The notes: generated by a model from the sequence alone, not told the origin. Counted from the stretch's first letter, positions 19,235 through 30,745 are shown. The stretch: 64,000 bases of DNA from Rhodoferax sp. (GCA_031386665.1 JANNCN010000023.1:10572-74571); one strand, 5' to 3'. Made by a program: numbers and translations.

Positions 19235-21430
19235 TCAATGCAGCGAATTTGGCCCGGTATCGCTTGCTGAATCCGCTAGCAAGGCGGACGACAGGCGCAC
19301 CCGCTGCGACAGCTCCCGGGCAATATTGCGAGTGATTTTGAGCGCCGCCAGCGGCTGCAGCTCAAGCAATGTCGAAATCGCCTGATTGTCAAGCAGCAGG
19401 GCCTGCACGGGACTGTCTGCCCAGGCTGTGGCCGAGCGGGTTTTGCCGTCAATGAAGCCCATTTCACCGACAAACTGACCTGGGCCAAAAGTGGCCAAGC
19501 GAGTCGACGCGTCGCCCTGGCCGGTCAAAATGCTGACACCGCCCGACTCCAGGAGCCAGATGCCATCTGCCAAGGCGTCTTTGCGAAAAAGCACCTCCCC
19601 TTTGGTGACGATCCGGTGCTGTCCCAATGCCAGCACCGCGTCGAGTTCGTCGGGTAGCAGGTCCTGAAGCAAGTTGTTGGCGGGCAGAGGGCGCGACAGC
19701 AAACCGCCGGTCATGACAGTTGAATTCATCAGTACCGAGTCTTCGCAGGCCTCAATGCCACGGTCTAGGTCAATGCAAAACTTGACGTCAATGGCAGACT
19801 GAAGCCGAAGGCGCAGGTGGGTTGCCCGAGTTTTTTGCAGCCCCGTCAGGATGACCTTCAGGCGCCGATCTGTCAGTGCTTTGACCAACCAACCCACAGC
19901 GTCCACGCCGCTGGGGTCTACGTCATGCACTTGGCTCACATCGATCACGACCACGGTGGCCTCCGGGTGTAAGTCATCAGCGAGCTGCATCAAACGGGAA
20001 CTGTTGCCAAAAAACAGATGGCCGTTGAGTTTCAAAACGCCCGCCCGGTGAAATGTCCGTGCCAGATTTTGGGTCTCACTAGCGCTTCTGACCCGCCGAG
20101 AATGGTGTTGATCCAGGTAGCCCCATTGCGCCGTCAAATTGCCAGAAACCCTTCGCAGCACTGCCAGACAAGATAAGGCCACTCCAATCCCGCAGGCCCA
20201 GATCAAATTGCCAAAAAAGGCGACGAGCGTGATAGCAAAGGTGATCCAAAACCCAAGATCCTGTGTGCCGGATACGCCCCTTTGCCGGGTGCCTACCATG
20301 GTGCGCAAGCGGCGCATGAAGGCTGGGTCGGCCATCACCATCGCCTGCATGAAGAACAGCCCCGCAACCACGCCAGCAGGCAACGCCATAAGCCAGGGCC
20401 CAAGCGTCAACAACACAGCACCAGTCATCACAAGGCAAAGGGCCGACGCCAAAGGGCCTCGCCCTCCGTCAAGCCAGCTAGAAACACTTCGAACCGGGCT
20501 GCCGCTGCTGGGTACGCCACCGAGCAAAGCGCTGAATGAGTTGGCGCCACCCAATACAAACAATTCACGGTTGGCGTTGTAGCGTGCCCCAAATCGTGTT
20601 TCCATGACGGCGGCGGCAGTGAAGGTTTCAAGAATCATGACCAAGGCCAGCGTCACGGCACCGGGCAGACCGATGGTTGCCAGCCGCACAAAGTCTTGCC
20701 CAGTCAATGAAGGCCACAACATCACCGACACCCAATTGGGCTGCCAGTCGGGTCTGATGCTGGTGCCTGGTGCCAGCGCTACGGGTTGAAGATAAAAAGC
20801 AATTGCGATCCCAATGAGAGGTGCCACGATGACAGCGGGCACTGCCCCCAGTGCGCGAACTCGGGTTGTGAGGTACGGCCAAACTGCATAGACTGAAATC
20901 ATCACGCCCGCAATCAGCGCTGCCATCGCACCATGAGGCACTATTTTTTGAACGGCCAAAGCGATGAGTACCAAGGCAATGCCTGTGCTGATGCCAGACG
21001 TCACCGGTGTAGGAATCATCTTAAAGACATTGCCAAGTTTCAAAACGCCTGAGAGCAGCACCAGCCCGCTCGCCAGCAAAAACATGAGACTGCCCGCCGC
21101 AAGGCCCAGCATAAGTTGCTGCGTTGAAAGATTCACAACGCCTGTGGTTGGTGCGCCCGTGGCCAGACACAACTGCCAAATCAGCCCGATGTAGGCGACC
21201 AAAGATGCCGTTCGAGCGCTGGGCATGACCGCAGCCTGGCCCCTGAGCAGCAATGCGGCCAGATGAATGACGGTAGCGGTGACCAGGGTCGCCCAAAACC
21301 CGGCGGCCATGGCCTGCGGACCTAAAAAACTGACAAATAACAAGAGTGGGCTGATCACGTTGATCAAGCCTTGCAAAGACGCAGCAACTGCGCCTTTTAG
21401 CTCTGAGACGAACTTGGTTTGGGTAGCCAT
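19235..21430 (-). CDS. SulP-family anion transporter fused to STAS and cyclic-nucleotide-binding domains
   Basis: Polytopic SulP core; STAS (VLKLNGHLFFGN...VVVIDVSQVHDVD); C-terminal cNMP-binding fold (FGPGQFVGEMGFIDGKTRSATAWA). Confidence 0.85.
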   Translation of the reverse strand: MATQTKFVSELKGAVAASLQGLINVISPLLLFVSFLGPQAMAAGFWATLVTATVIHLAALLLRGQAAVMPSARTASLVAYIGLIWQLCLATGAPTTGVVNLSTQQLMLGLAAGSLMFLLASGLVLLSGVLKLGNVFKMIPTPVTSGISTGIALVLIALAVQKIVPHGAMAALIAGVMISVYAVWPYLTTRVRALGAVPAVIVAPLIGIAIAFYLQPVALAPGTSIRPDWQPNWVSVMLWPSLTGQDFVRLATIGLPGAVTLALVMILETFTAAAVMETRFGARYNANRELFVLGGANSFSALLGGVPSSGSPVRSVSSWLDGGRGPLASALCLVMTGAVLLTLGPWLMALPAGVVAGLFFMQAMVMADPAFMRRLRTMVGTRQRGVSGTQDLGFWITFAITLVAFFGNLIWACGIGVALSCLAVLRRVSGNLTAQWGYLDQHHSRRVRSASETQNLARTFHRAGVLKLNGHLFFGNSSRLMQLADDLHPEATVVVIDVSQVHDVDPSGVDAVGWLVKALTDRRLKVILTGLQKTRATHLRLRLQSAIDVKFCIDLDRGIEACEDSVLMNSTVMTGGLLSRPLPANNLLQDLLPDELDAVLALGQHRIVTKGEVLFRKDALADGIWLLESGGVSILTGQGDASTRLATFGPGQFVGEMGFIDGKTRSATAWADSPVQALLLDNQAISTLLELQPLAALKITRNIARELSQRVRLSSALLADSASDTGPNSLH

Positions 21431-21598
21431 GGCGCTACATCAATGGGAACTTGGTGGGCAAGGTTAAGGTGTGATGGCGTGGCAATGCAGCCCCAAGTAT
21501 CGTGCAAAGATTGAGGGAAATCTTGCAATGATCGCGCAGGTACCCTGCAAGCGACGTGGCCGAAGTCAACGCCTGACTTTTATCAGCCCCGAGTTTGA

Positions 21599-22690
21599 TC
21601 AGACCCGTGAAAACCGCAAGGTGCCTTTGGCGTCACGGTGCCGCTTCAGCTTGCCTTCAAACCATAGCTTGTGCAAGTGCGCGACTGCTTCGCCCATGGC
21701 AAAGGTTATTTGGTGTAAGTCCAACTCGCGCTTGAACATGATGGGAACGATATCGGCGCCACTGCAAGGCTGGGCTGCACAGGCTTGCATCACTTCTTCC
21801 AGACGGTCATTGTGGTGATCATGCAATTGCCGAATTCGGATGTGCAGGCCGGTGAAAGGTTTGCCGTGCGCGGGCAGGGTTAGGGTGTCAGGGTGCAACG
21901 GATCAAACTTGTCAACAGAGTCGAGAAACTGCTTTAACGGGTTGGCCTCTGGCTCGTTCTCGTGAACGCTGACATTAGTTGAAATGCGAGGCAGCATCAT
22001 GTCGCCACCTATAAGAATACGGCTTTCTGCGCAATACAGGGCGATGTGTTCAGGCGCATGGCCATAGCCGCTGATGCATGCCCAGTTGCGTCCGCCAATG
22101 ACAACCGTATCGCCGTCTTGCATGCGCTTGAAGTTGCGGGGAACTTCGGGCACCAGGTTGCTAAAGTAATTCGTGCGCGCTCGAATCTGCCTGAGGTAAT
22201 CGGCGTTGAAAAGTCCGTGGGACTCAAAAAACGCGGCCGAATGATCACCGCCGCCGAAGCCCGTAGGGCTGATAGAAGCCAACCTTGCAACACCATAGTC
22301 GGTTGCGCTGATCCATAGGCGGCAGTCGTGATCAGGTGTTGTCCAGTGGTCGCAGATCCAGGCTGCCAAGCCGATATGGTCTGGATGCATATGGGTGCAA
22401 ATGACACGCAAAATAGGCAAGCCTTCCAGCGAGCCGTCAAATATTTGCTGCCACTGAGCTTTGGACTCGTCGCGCGAGATGCAACAGTCCACAACTGTCC
22501 AGCCTTGTTGCTTGCCATTCGGGCCGTCCAATTCGTCACGCAGCAGCCACAAGTTAATATGGTTCAACGCGAAGGGCAGCGCCATGCGAATCCATTTCAC
22601 ACCTGGAGCCACCGTGTACGTTGCGCCAGGCTCTGGCAGAGTGTCCCCTAGTGGGTAGCAAAGCTCTTTTTCAAGTTCATTCATGGACAA
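21599..22690 (-). CDS. MBL-fold metallo-hydrolase
   Basis: THMHPDHIG (HxHxDH) motif. Divergent from liuR. Confidence 0.8.
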   Translation of the reverse strand: MSMNELEKELCYPLGDTLPEPGATYTVAPGVKWIRMALPFALNHINLWLLRDELDGPNGKQQGWTVVDCCISRDESKAQWQQIFDGSLEGLPILRVICTHMHPDHIGLAAWICDHWTTPDHDCRLWISATDYGVARLASISPTGFGGGDHSAAFFESHGLFNADYLRQIRARTNYFSNLVPEVPRNFKRMQDGDTVVIGGRNWACISGYGHAPEHIALYCAESRILIGGDMMLPRISTNVSVHENEPEANPLKQFLDSVDKFDPLHPDTLTLPAHGKPFTGLHIRIRQLHDHHNDRLEEVMQACAAQPCSGADIVPIMFKRELDLHQITFAMGEAVAHLHKLWFEGKLKRHRDAKGTLRFSRV

Positions 22691-22718
22691 AATAAATTGA
22701 GTGATAATCCATCAACTA

Positions 22719-22749
22719 ATTGACGTTTACGTAAACGTCAACCGGAAAA
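22719..22749 (+). promoter_or_regulatory. 22-bp perfect palindrome within a MerR-type promoter (putative LiuR operator)
   Basis: TTGACGTTTAC/GTAAACGTCAA (22719-22740). TTGACG as -35, a 19-nt spacer, then GAAAAT (22744-22749) as -10, the suboptimal spacing typical of MerR-regulated promoters. Confidence 0.55.
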
Positions 22750-22844
22750 TCAATTGTAGAGTGCGCTCAAAATTGCGCTGTCACCTTGGGGTTTCTCCTC
22801 ACAATTCAATCCATGCGGGCCTCTCCAAAACACCATTCGACGTC

Positions 22845-23288
22845 ATGAGTCAGACCTACAGCATCAGTGATTTAGCCCGAGAGTTTGACTTGACCACGCG
22901 GGCAATGCGGTTTTATGAAGACATGGGGCTTTTGCAGCCAACCCGTTCAGGGCCGCAACTTAGAAATCGTGTTTATAGCGGTCGTGACCGAACGCGTCTT
23001 AAGCTGACTTTGCGGGCCAAGCGCTTGGGCTTGTCGCTGACTGAGGCCAAAGAAATCATTGACATTTATGACAGTCCCCGTGACACCGGAGCGCAGCTGA
23101 AAAAGTTTTTGGCTATTTTGCACGACCATCGCGCAGAGCTTGAGGGGCAAATGGCAGAATTGCAGGCCAACCTGGATGAAGTGAAGACGCACGAAAAAGA
23201 AGCGAAAACACTGCTTGCCAAAACTGAAATCAAATTGAATTCCAAAACAAAGCCGGAACCAGCATCGAAATTGGAGGAAAAACAATGA
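22845..23288 (+). CDS. liuR: MerR-family transcriptional regulator of leucine/isovalerate catabolism
   Basis: [26 protein letters not shown] MerR HTH plus coiled-coil C-terminus. ATGA overlap with isovaleryl-CoA dehydrogenase. Confidence 0.8.
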   Translation: MSQTYSISDLAREFDLTTRAMRFYEDMGLLQPTRSGPQLRNRVYSGRDRTRLKLTLRAKRLGLSLTEAKEIIDIYDSPRDTGAQLKKFLAILHDHRAELEGQMAELQANLDEVKTHEKEAKTLLAKTEIKLNSKTKPEPASKLEEKQ

Positions 23289-24475
23289 ACCTACCTGGCC
23301 TGAATTTCCAATTGGGTGAAGACGTGGACGCGCTGCGCGACGCAGTGCGGGAATTTGCCCAAACCGAGATAGCACCGTGCGCCAGCGACATTGACAGCAA
23401 AGATCAATTTCCGATGGATTTGTGGGTCAAGTTGGGCAGTTTGGGCGTTTTGGGCATTACCGTCAGCGAAGAATACGGCGGCGCCAACATGGGCTATTTG
23501 GCCCACATGGTGGCGATGGAAGAAATTTCTCGTGCATCAGCATCAGTGGGTTTGAGCTACGGTGCCCACAGCAACTTGTGCGTGAACCAGATCAAGCGCA
23601 ACGGAAGTGCTGAACAGCGCCAAAAGTACCTGCCCAAATTGATCAGCGGCGAGCATGTCGGCGCGCTTGCCATGAGCGAACCCGGTGCGGGCTCTGACGT
23701 GATCAGCATGAAGTTAAAGGCCGAAGACAAAGGCGGCTACTACTTGTTGAACGGCAGCAAAATGTGGATCACCAATGGTCCAGATGCCGACACGCTGGTC
23801 GTGTATGCCAAAACGGAGCCTGAGCTGGGTGCGCGGGGGGTCACGGCCTTTTTGATTGAAAAATCGATGAAAGGCTTTTCTGTAGCGCAAAAGCTTAATA
23901 AATTAGGCATGCGCGGCAGCCATACCGGTGAGCTGGTGTTTGACAACGTGGAAGTGCCTGCCAGTCAAATATTGGGTGGCTTGAACAGTGGCGCCAAAGT
24001 GCTAATGAGTGGTTTGGACTATGAACGCGCTGTGTTGACTGGCGGACCGCTAGGCATCATGCAAAGCGTAATGGACAGCGTTGTCCCCTACATTCATGAA
24101 CGCAAGCAATTCGGCCAAAGCATTGGCGAGTTTCAGTTGATTCAGGGCAAAGTTGCAGACATGTACACCGTGCTGCAGGCTGGAAGGTCGTTTGCCTACA
24201 CCGTTGCAAAAAATCTGGATTTGCTGGTTCAGCAAAACAATGGCGAGCACGTGCGCCATGTCCGCAAAGACTGCGCCTCGGTCATTTTGTGGTGTGCAGA
24301 GAAAGCCACCTGGATGGCGGGCGAGGGCGTGCAAATTTTCGGTGGCAATGGCTACATCAATGACTACCCGTTAGGGCGCTTGTGGCGTGACGCCAAGCTC
24401 TACGAAATTGGCGCAGGCACCAGCGAAATTCGTCGAATGTTGATTGGGCGAGAGCTGTTTGCGGAGACGATGTGA
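23285..24475 (+). CDS. liuA: Isovaleryl-CoA dehydrogenase
   Basis: Acyl-CoA dehydrogenase fold with an IVD-like N-terminus ([26 protein letters not shown]) and context next to liuR. Confidence 0.9.
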   Translation: MNLPGLNFQLGEDVDALRDAVREFAQTEIAPCASDIDSKDQFPMDLWVKLGSLGVLGITVSEEYGGANMGYLAHMVAMEEISRASASVGLSYGAHSNLCVNQIKRNGSAEQRQKYLPKLISGEHVGALAMSEPGAGSDVISMKLKAEDKGGYYLLNGSKMWITNGPDADTLVVYAKTEPELGARGVTAFLIEKSMKGFSVAQKLNKLGMRGSHTGELVFDNVEVPASQILGGLNSGAKVLMSGLDYERAVLTGGPLGIMQSVMDSVVPYIHERKQFGQSIGEFQLIQGKVADMYTVLQAGRSFAYTVAKNLDLLVQQNNGEHVRHVRKDCASVILWCAEKATWMAGEGVQIFGGNGYINDYPLGRLWRDAKLYEIGAGTSEIRRMLIGRELFAETM

Positions 24476-24517
24476 GTTCGTTGCTTGGGGCGAGTACTTC
24501 AAAATTTCACTGAATAA

Positions 24518-25177
24518 ATGAGCAATTCAATTCAAGACCTCTTTGTCCACAACCGGGCGTGGGCAGCACAAATGGAGCGCGAGCGGCCGGGGTTTTTCAC
24601 CAATCTCAAAAGCCAGCAATCGCCCAAGTACATGTGGATTGGTTGCTCTGACAGCCGCGTTCCGGCCAACCAGATCACGGGATTGGAGCCTGGCGAAGTG
24701 TTTGTGCACCGCAATGTCGCCAACGTGGTGGTGCATTCGGATTTGAATGCGCTGTCCACCATTCAGTTTGCAGTGGAACGCCTGAAAGTGCAGCACGTGA
24801 TGGTGGTAGGCCACTATGGCTGTTCGGGCGTGCAAGCAGCGTTGGAAGGGGCTCGCATCGGTTTGGCAGACAACTGGCTGCGGCACATAAAGGACGTTCG
24901 CGATCGACATCGCAATTTACTGGACGCCATACCCGAGCGTGCGCGTCACGATGCCTTGGTGGAGCTCAACGTGATTGAACAAGTGATCAACGTAGCTCAA
25001 AGCACTGTGCTTCAAGACGCGTGGAGTCGAGGCCAAACCGTCAGCCTGCACGGTTGGGTTTATGGCGTGCATGACGGCTTGCTCAAGGATTTAATGTTGA
25101 CCGTGTCTGCCAACGAATCGCTTGACCAGTATTACAAATCGGCGATAGACGGTGTCGCCCTCGCCCTTCGCCATTGA
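24518..25177 (+). CDS. can: Beta-class carbonic anhydrase
   Basis: CSDSRVP and VVGHYGCSGV zinc-ligand motifs. Confidence 0.9.
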   Translation: MSNSIQDLFVHNRAWAAQMERERPGFFTNLKSQQSPKYMWIGCSDSRVPANQITGLEPGEVFVHRNVANVVVHSDLNALSTIQFAVERLKVQHVMVVGHYGCSGVQAALEGARIGLADNWLRHIKDVRDRHRNLLDAIPERARHDALVELNVIEQVINVAQSTVLQDAWSRGQTVSLHGWVYGVHDGLLKDLMLTVSANESLDQYYKSAIDGVALALRH

Positions 25178-25198
25178 TTCCCAAGACGAGCTGAAACC

Positions 25199-27046
25199 AT
25201 GGCAGAAGTCAACAATTTCCCTCAACGCCTTGATTCGTCGCTAGCCTACGACATCGCCAAAGCCATGATGGATGGCTTCAATCGGCACTATCGACTGTTT
25301 CGCACCGAATCGTCGCGTGCCAAGCACCGTTTTGAAACCGCGGACTGGCACGGCCAGCAGCGAGCGCAGCGTGAACGCATTGAGTTTTACGACCTTCGCG
25401 TCAAAGAATGTTCGATTCGGTTGGAGCGTGAATTCAAAGCGGGCGATCAGCCCATGGACATTTGGCAGCAAGTCAAGTTGCACTACATCGGGCTTTTGGT
25501 CAACCACCATCAGCCTGAACTGGCTGAGACATTTTTCAATTCGGTGACCACCAAAATCCTGCACCGCACGCATTTTCACAACGACTTTATCTTTGTTCGA
25601 CCGGCTGTCAGCACCGAGTATATTGAAAACGGCGAGCCAGAAGCCCGCCCTACGTACCGCGCGTACTACCCCACCCGTGAAAGCATGGTGGAGGTGATGG
25701 TCACCATGGTGCAAGACTTTGACTTGCGGGTGCCTTTTTCAGACCTCAAGCGCGATGCCGCTTATGTCGTCAAGGCGATGGACGGCAAGCTGCTGGATGC
25801 GAAGCTGCGGGCCAATTTTCAGATCCAGGTGCTGACCAGCTTGTTCTACCGCAACAAAGGGGCCTATCTGGTTGGTAAGTTGATCAATGGATTTAACGAA
25901 TTTCCATTTGCTTTGCCTATTCTTCATGACGGCCATGGCAAGCTGGCAATCGATGCCGCCCTGTTTGGCGAAGACGATTTGCTGATGCTGTTCAGCTTCG
26001 CCCGCGCCTACTTCATGGTGGACATGGAAATTCCGTCGGCGTATGTTCAGTTCTTGCGCAGCATGATGCCGCGAAAGCCGCGCAATGAAATTTATAGCGC
26101 GCTGGGCCTGCAAAAGCAGGGCAAGACGCTTTTCTACCGCGATTTTTTGCACCACCTTCGCCACTCCAGTGACAAGTTTCGCATCGCTCCGGGCATCAAA
26201 GGCATGGTCATGCTGGTGTTTGATCTGCCTTCATTTCCCTATGTGTTCAAGGTCATCAAAGACTATTACCCGCCTCAAAAAGACACCACCCGCGAACAAA
26301 TCAAGGGCAAGTACCTATTGGTGAAGCAACACGACCGCGTGGGGCGCATGGCCGACACGCTGGAGTACAGCGAGGTGGCTTTCCCCCGCGAGCGTTTTGA
26401 CGAAGAACTCATTGCCGAAATTGAAAAGTTCGCCCCCAGTCAGCTTGAGATCAGTGACCGCGATGGCGATGGCCAAAATGAGGTCATCATCAAGCACGTC
26501 TACATTGAGCGGCGCATGATTCCGCTGAACATTTACCTGCAAGAGGCGTTTGATGCAGGTGGCGCTGACCCGCGCCTGCCCGCTTCGGGTGCCCGCGCCC
26601 GGGAGCAAATTGAACGTGGCGTGGTTGAGTATGGCAACGCCATCAAAGACCTGGTTGCCGCGAATATTTTCCCAGGCGACATGCTTTGGAAAAATTTTGG
26701 CATCACACGCCACGGCAAGGTTGTTTTTTACGACTACGACGAGATCGAGTACATCACCGACTGCAACTTCCGCGTGGTTCCGTCGCCGCGCAATGAAGAA
26801 GATGAAATGAGTGGCGAGGTTTGGTACAAAGTCGGGCCCAAAGACGTGTTTCCAGAAACGTTTGGCCCCTTTTTGCTGGGCAACCCGGCCGTGCGCAGTG
26901 TTTTCATGAAGCACCATGCCGACTTGCTGGAAGCCAAGTTCTGGCAAGGCCATAAAAACCGAATATTGGAGGGGCATGTTTTTGACGTGTTCCCCTATGA
27001 GCGTGAAAAGAGATTTGTCAACTTTGAGGAGCACACCAGTGTCTGA
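25199..27046 (+). CDS. aceK: Isocitrate dehydrogenase kinase/phosphatase
   Basis: N-terminus collinear with E. coli AceK (GFNRHYRLF...RFETADWHG). Length ~615 aa. Confidence 0.9.
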   Translation: MAEVNNFPQRLDSSLAYDIAKAMMDGFNRHYRLFRTESSRAKHRFETADWHGQQRAQRERIEFYDLRVKECSIRLEREFKAGDQPMDIWQQVKLHYIGLLVNHHQPELAETFFNSVTTKILHRTHFHNDFIFVRPAVSTEYIENGEPEARPTYRAYYPTRESMVEVMVTMVQDFDLRVPFSDLKRDAAYVVKAMDGKLLDAKLRANFQIQVLTSLFYRNKGAYLVGKLINGFNEFPFALPILHDGHGKLAIDAALFGEDDLLMLFSFARAYFMVDMEIPSAYVQFLRSMMPRKPRNEIYSALGLQKQGKTLFYRDFLHHLRHSSDKFRIAPGIKGMVMLVFDLPSFPYVFKVIKDYYPPQKDTTREQIKGKYLLVKQHDRVGRMADTLEYSEVAFPRERFDEELIAEIEKFAPSQLEISDRDGDGQNEVIIKHVYIERRMIPLNIYLQEAFDAGGADPRLPASGARAREQIERGVVEYGNAIKDLVAANIFPGDMLWKNFGITRHGKVVFYDYDEIEYITDCNFRVVPSPRNEEDEMSGEVWYKVGPKDVFPETFGPFLLGNPAVRSVFMKHHADLLEAKFWQGHKNRILEGHVFDVFPYEREKRFVNFEEHTSV

Positions 27047-28271
27047 CCCCCTAAAGCAAGCCCAAGGCCAAGCCCAAGCCAACTCAGCTGCCGACCCCGT
27101 TGTCATCGTCGGGGCCGCCCGTACGCCTATGGGTGGCTTTCAAGGCGATTTTTCGTCGCTGGCAGCGCACGATCTGGGTGGCGCTGCAATCAAAGCGGCC
27201 GTCGAACGTGCTGGCGTTGGTGCCAGTTTGGTGACTGAAGTGCTGTTTGGCAATTGCCTGATGGCTGGGCAGGGCCAGGCGCCCGCGCGGCAAGCGGTGT
27301 TCAAAGGCGGTTTGCCGATCAGCGCGGGCGCGGTTACCTTGTCCAAAATGTGTGGCTCTGGCATGAAGGCGGCTATGATGGCGCACGACATGCTACTGGC
27401 CGGCAGCCATGATGTGATGGTGGCAGGCGGTATGGAGAGCATGACCAACGCCCCACATTTGCTGCTGAAAGGGCGCAGTGGCATTCGCATTGGCCATGAC
27501 CGCGTGATGGACCACATGATGCTGGATGGGCTGGAAGATGCCTACGAGGCGGGTCGTTCCATGGGCACGTTTGGTGAAGACTGCGCGGCCAAATACAGCT
27601 TCACCCGCGCGCAGCAAGATGCGTTTGCCACCGCCAGCGTGCAGCGTGCACAAGCAGCCACCACGTCCGGCGCATTTGCCGCCGAGATCACGCCCGTGAC
27701 AGTCAAGGGCCGTGCTGGCGACACCGTGATTTCTATCGATGAAGGGCCAGGCAAGATCAAGCTGGACAAAATCCCTGCGTTGAAACCAGCGTTCAAAAAG
27801 GAAGGCACGATCACCGCAGCCAGCAGTTCCAGCATCAACGATGGCGCGGCCGCGATGGTGCTGATGCGGGCATCAACCGCGGCCAAACTGGGCCTGAAAC
27901 CGCTGGCCAAAATTGTGGCCCACGGCACGCATGCGCAAGAACCCAACTGGTTTGCCACAGCCCCGCTCGGTGCCGTGAACAAGGTCTTGGCCAAAGCGGG
28001 CTGGTCGGTGAAAGACGTGGATCTGTGGGAAGTGAATGAGGCCTTCGCTGTGGTGCCCATGGCCCTGATGCACGAACTGAAGTTAGGCCACGACATTGTG
28101 AATGTGAACGGCGGTGCTTGCGCTTTGGGTCACCCGATTGGTGCCAGTGGCGCGCGCATCATGGTGACTTTGATGTACGCCCTGAAGGCCCGCGGGCTGA
28201 AAAAAGGCGTAGCCACCCTGTGCATTGGTGGCGGCGAGGGAACCGCCGTTGCGATTGAAATGCTGGGATGA
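27039..28271 (+). CDS. Acetyl-CoA C-acetyltransferase (thiolase II)
   Basis: [46 protein letters not shown] 27039 follows GAGGAG and overlaps the aceK stop. Confidence 0.9.
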   Translation: MSDPLKQAQGQAQANSAADPVVIVGAARTPMGGFQGDFSSLAAHDLGGAAIKAAVERAGVGASLVTEVLFGNCLMAGQGQAPARQAVFKGGLPISAGAVTLSKMCGSGMKAAMMAHDMLLAGSHDVMVAGGMESMTNAPHLLLKGRSGIRIGHDRVMDHMMLDGLEDAYEAGRSMGTFGEDCAAKYSFTRAQQDAFATASVQRAQAATTSGAFAAEITPVTVKGRAGDTVISIDEGPGKIKLDKIPALKPAFKKEGTITAASSSSINDGAAAMVLMRASTAAKLGLKPLAKIVAHGTHAQEPNWFATAPLGAVNKVLAKAGWSVKDVDLWEVNEAFAVVPMALMHELKLGHDIVNVNGGACALGHPIGASGARIMVTLMYALKARGLKKGVATLCIGGGEGTAVAIEMLG

Positions 28272-28323
28272 TTTCAGTCTGTAGCGTTAGACCTTCTGCC
28301 CAGAGCCCAAGCCGGAGCCTGCC

Positions 28324-29451
28324 TTGATCCTGAATTCTGACCAAGAAATGATTCGCGATGCGGTGCGCAGCTTTGCGCAGACCGAGTTGTGGCCCAACGC
28401 CGCAAAATGGGACAAAGACCATCATTTCCCGCGTGAAGCGCACAAGGGATTGGCGGCACTGGGGGCTTACGGCATTTGTGTACCCGAAGAGTTTGGCGGG
28501 GCCAATCTGGACTACGTCACCCTGGCCCTGGTGTTGGAAGAAATTGCGGCGGGGGACGGTGGTACCAGCACGGTCATCAGCGTGACGAACTGCCCAGTTA
28601 ATGCTATTTTGCTTAATTTTGGCAATGCGGCGCAAAAGAAAAAATGGCTTGAACCCTTGGCGCAAGGCCACCTGTTGGGCGCGTTTTGTCTGACCGAGCC
28701 GCATGTGGGCTCTGACGCGTCAGCGCTCAAAACCACGGCTGTGAAAGATGCCAATGGCTATGTGATCAACGGCGTCAAGCAATTCATTACCAGCGGCAAA
28801 AATGGCGACGTGGCCATTGTGATTGCCGTGACTGACAAAGCGGCGGGCAAGCGTGGCATGAGCGCTTTCATTGTGCCCACCAACGCGCCAGGCTATGTGG
28901 TGGCCCAACTGGAAGATAAACTGGGTCAGCACTCCAGCGACACCGCGCAAGTCAATTTTGACAATTGCCGCATTCCCGCTGAGAACCTGATTGGCCAGGA
29001 AGGCGAGGGCTACAAAATTGCACTCGGGGGGCTGGAGGGAGGTCGCATTGGCATCGCCGCGCAAAGCGTGGGCATGGCCCGCAGTGCATTTGACTGCGCT
29101 TTGGCCTATGCCAAACAACGCGAAAGTTTTGGTCAGCCCATTTTCAACCACCAAGCGGTGGGTTTCAGGCTGGCCGATTGCGCCACCCAAATCGAAGCGG
29201 CCCGTCAGTTGATTTGGCATGCAGCGTCATTGCGCGACGCGGGCCGCCCCTGCCTGAAAGAAGCGGCGATGGCCAAGCTGTTTGCGAGCGAGATGGCCGA
29301 GCAAGTTTGCAGCGCAGCCATTCAAACCTTGGGCGGCTATGGTTATGTGAGCGACTTCCCGGTAGAACGCATTTACCGCGACGTGCGGGTGTGCCAAATT
29401 TACGAAGGAACCAGCGATGTGCAAAAAATCATCATCCAGCGCAGTTTGTAA
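28324..29451 (+). CDS. Acyl-CoA dehydrogenase (short/branched-chain type)
   Basis: Full ACAD fold with C-terminal YEGTSDVQKIIIQRSL. Confidence 0.9.
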   Translation: MILNSDQEMIRDAVRSFAQTELWPNAAKWDKDHHFPREAHKGLAALGAYGICVPEEFGGANLDYVTLALVLEEIAAGDGGTSTVISVTNCPVNAILLNFGNAAQKKKWLEPLAQGHLLGAFCLTEPHVGSDASALKTTAVKDANGYVINGVKQFITSGKNGDVAIVIAVTDKAAGKRGMSAFIVPTNAPGYVVAQLEDKLGQHSSDTAQVNFDNCRIPAENLIGQEGEGYKIALGGLEGGRIGIAAQSVGMARSAFDCALAYAKQRESFGQPIFNHQAVGFRLADCATQIEAARQLIWHAASLRDAGRPCLKEAAMAKLFASEMAEQVCSAAIQTLGGYGYVSDFPVERIYRDVRVCQIYEGTSDVQKIIIQRSL

Positions 29452-29501
29452 GCGCTTCGCCCATGATCGGTGCTGTCCAGCGTGGCACGCAGTCAGCTAA
29501 G

Positions 29502-29624
29502 ATTGCTATAATATAAATAGCAAACTATCTATATTATTAGAGAGCTAGAGGTCTATTCCGTTCATAAATAGGCAAAGAATCCAATTTTACTCCAAATTTG
29601 CCACATTTGTGGTAAAAATGGCAC
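29502..29624 (+). repeat. AT-rich modular intergenic repeat, copy 3 (reference copy)
   Basis: ATTGCTATAATATAAATAGCAAACTATCTATATTATTAGAGAGCTAGAGGTCTAT core plus CCAATTTTACTCCAAATTTGCCACATTTGTGGTAAAAATGGCA distal module. Confidence 0.7.
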
Positions 29625-29660
29625 TCTTTCATCAATTCGCCCAACCAGAGCCAGCCCACC

Positions 29661-30083
29661 ATGCCCATTACCAAAAGCGCCATGCAACTCGTTGACGAGG
29701 CCATGAAAGAGGTCAAAACCTATTCGGTCGATTCTGTTCGCGCCCGCATGGGCTCGGCCGACCTGCTGATTGTCGATATTCGTGACGTGCGCGAGCTTAG
29801 CGACGGCACCGTCAAAGGCGCGTTTCATGCGCCGCGCTGCATGCTCGAATTTTGGGTAGACCCCGCGTCGCCGTACCACAAGAAGTTATTTGCCGATGAA
29901 AGCAAAGAGTTCGTCATGTTTTGTGGCGCGGGCTGGCGCAGTGCATTGGCCGCCAAAACCCTGCAAGACATGGGCATGACCAACGTTGCGCACATTGACG
30001 GTGGGTATGCTGAGTGGGTCAAATTGGGTGGGCCGACCGAGACGTTGGAAGAGCGCAAAGCGCAGCGCAGCAAGCCGGCATGA
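29661..30083 (+). CDS. Rhodanese-domain sulfurtransferase
   Basis: Active-site loop FCGAGWRS within a single rhodanese fold. Confidence 0.8.
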   Translation: MPITKSAMQLVDEAMKEVKTYSVDSVRARMGSADLLIVDIRDVRELSDGTVKGAFHAPRCMLEFWVDPASPYHKKLFADESKEFVMFCGAGWRSALAAKTLQDMGMTNVAHIDGGYAEWVKLGGPTETLEERKAQRSKPA

Positions 30084-30745
30084 AATACCAAGCCGTGCTG
30101 TTTGACTGTGATGGCGTGCTGGCCGACAGTGAACCGCTGACCAACGGCGTTCTGCGCGATATGCTGCATGAGCTGGGTTGGGAACTGTCGGTCGAAGAAT
30201 GCATGCGCCTCTTTGTTGGCAAGGCTGTCAAAGACGAGATGGCCCAAATCGCTGTTCAAACCGGGCAGACTTTAACTGCCGACTGGCAGGCCGAATTTGT
30301 GCGTCGGCGCAACCTGGCGTTGCAGACCAGTTTGCAGGCGATTCCGCAAATTCACGGTGCTGTTAAGCAGATTCATGCGCAGCAGAATGGGGCCATCGCC
30401 TGCGCGTCAGGGGCAGACCGCTTCAAAGTTGAAATGATGCTGCGCCACTTGAAGTTGATCGACTATTTTGAAGGCCGCATTTTCAGTGGCTATGAAATGC
30501 CGCGCTCTAAACCTTTCCCTGATGTTTACCTGGCCGCAGCGTTGGCGCTGGACGCAGTGCCCGAGCAATGTGCCGTGATTGAAGACACGGTGACGGGTGT
30601 GCGCGCAGGCGTGGCCGCGGGTGCGACAGTGTTTGCCTATTCACCTATCACCACTTTGCACGTGAGCGGGGCAGAACTGAAGGCTGCAGGTGCCCACCAT
30701 ATTTTCAATAACATGGCCGAGCTGCCCGCCCTACTAGCTGGCTAA
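30080..30745 (+). CDS. HAD-superfamily hydrolase (beta-phosphoglucomutase-like subfamily IA)
   Basis: VLFDCDGVLADSE motif I and EDTVTGVRAGVAAG motif IV. ATGA overlap with the rhodanese gene. Confidence 0.8.
   Translation: MKYQAVLFDCDGVLADSEPLTNGVLRDMLHELGWELSVEECMRLFVGKAVKDEMAQIAVQTGQTLTADWQAEFVRRRNLALQTSLQAIPQIHGAVKQIHAQQNGAIACASGADRFKVEMMLRHLKLIDYFEGRIFSGYEMPRSKPFPDVYLAAALALDAVPEQCAVIEDTVTGVRAGVAAGATVFAYSPITTLHVSGAELKAAGAHHIFNNMAELPALLAG

Noticed and set aside
26315-27106. 263-aa ORF on the minus strand
   Set aside because: Antisense to aceK and the thiolase start.
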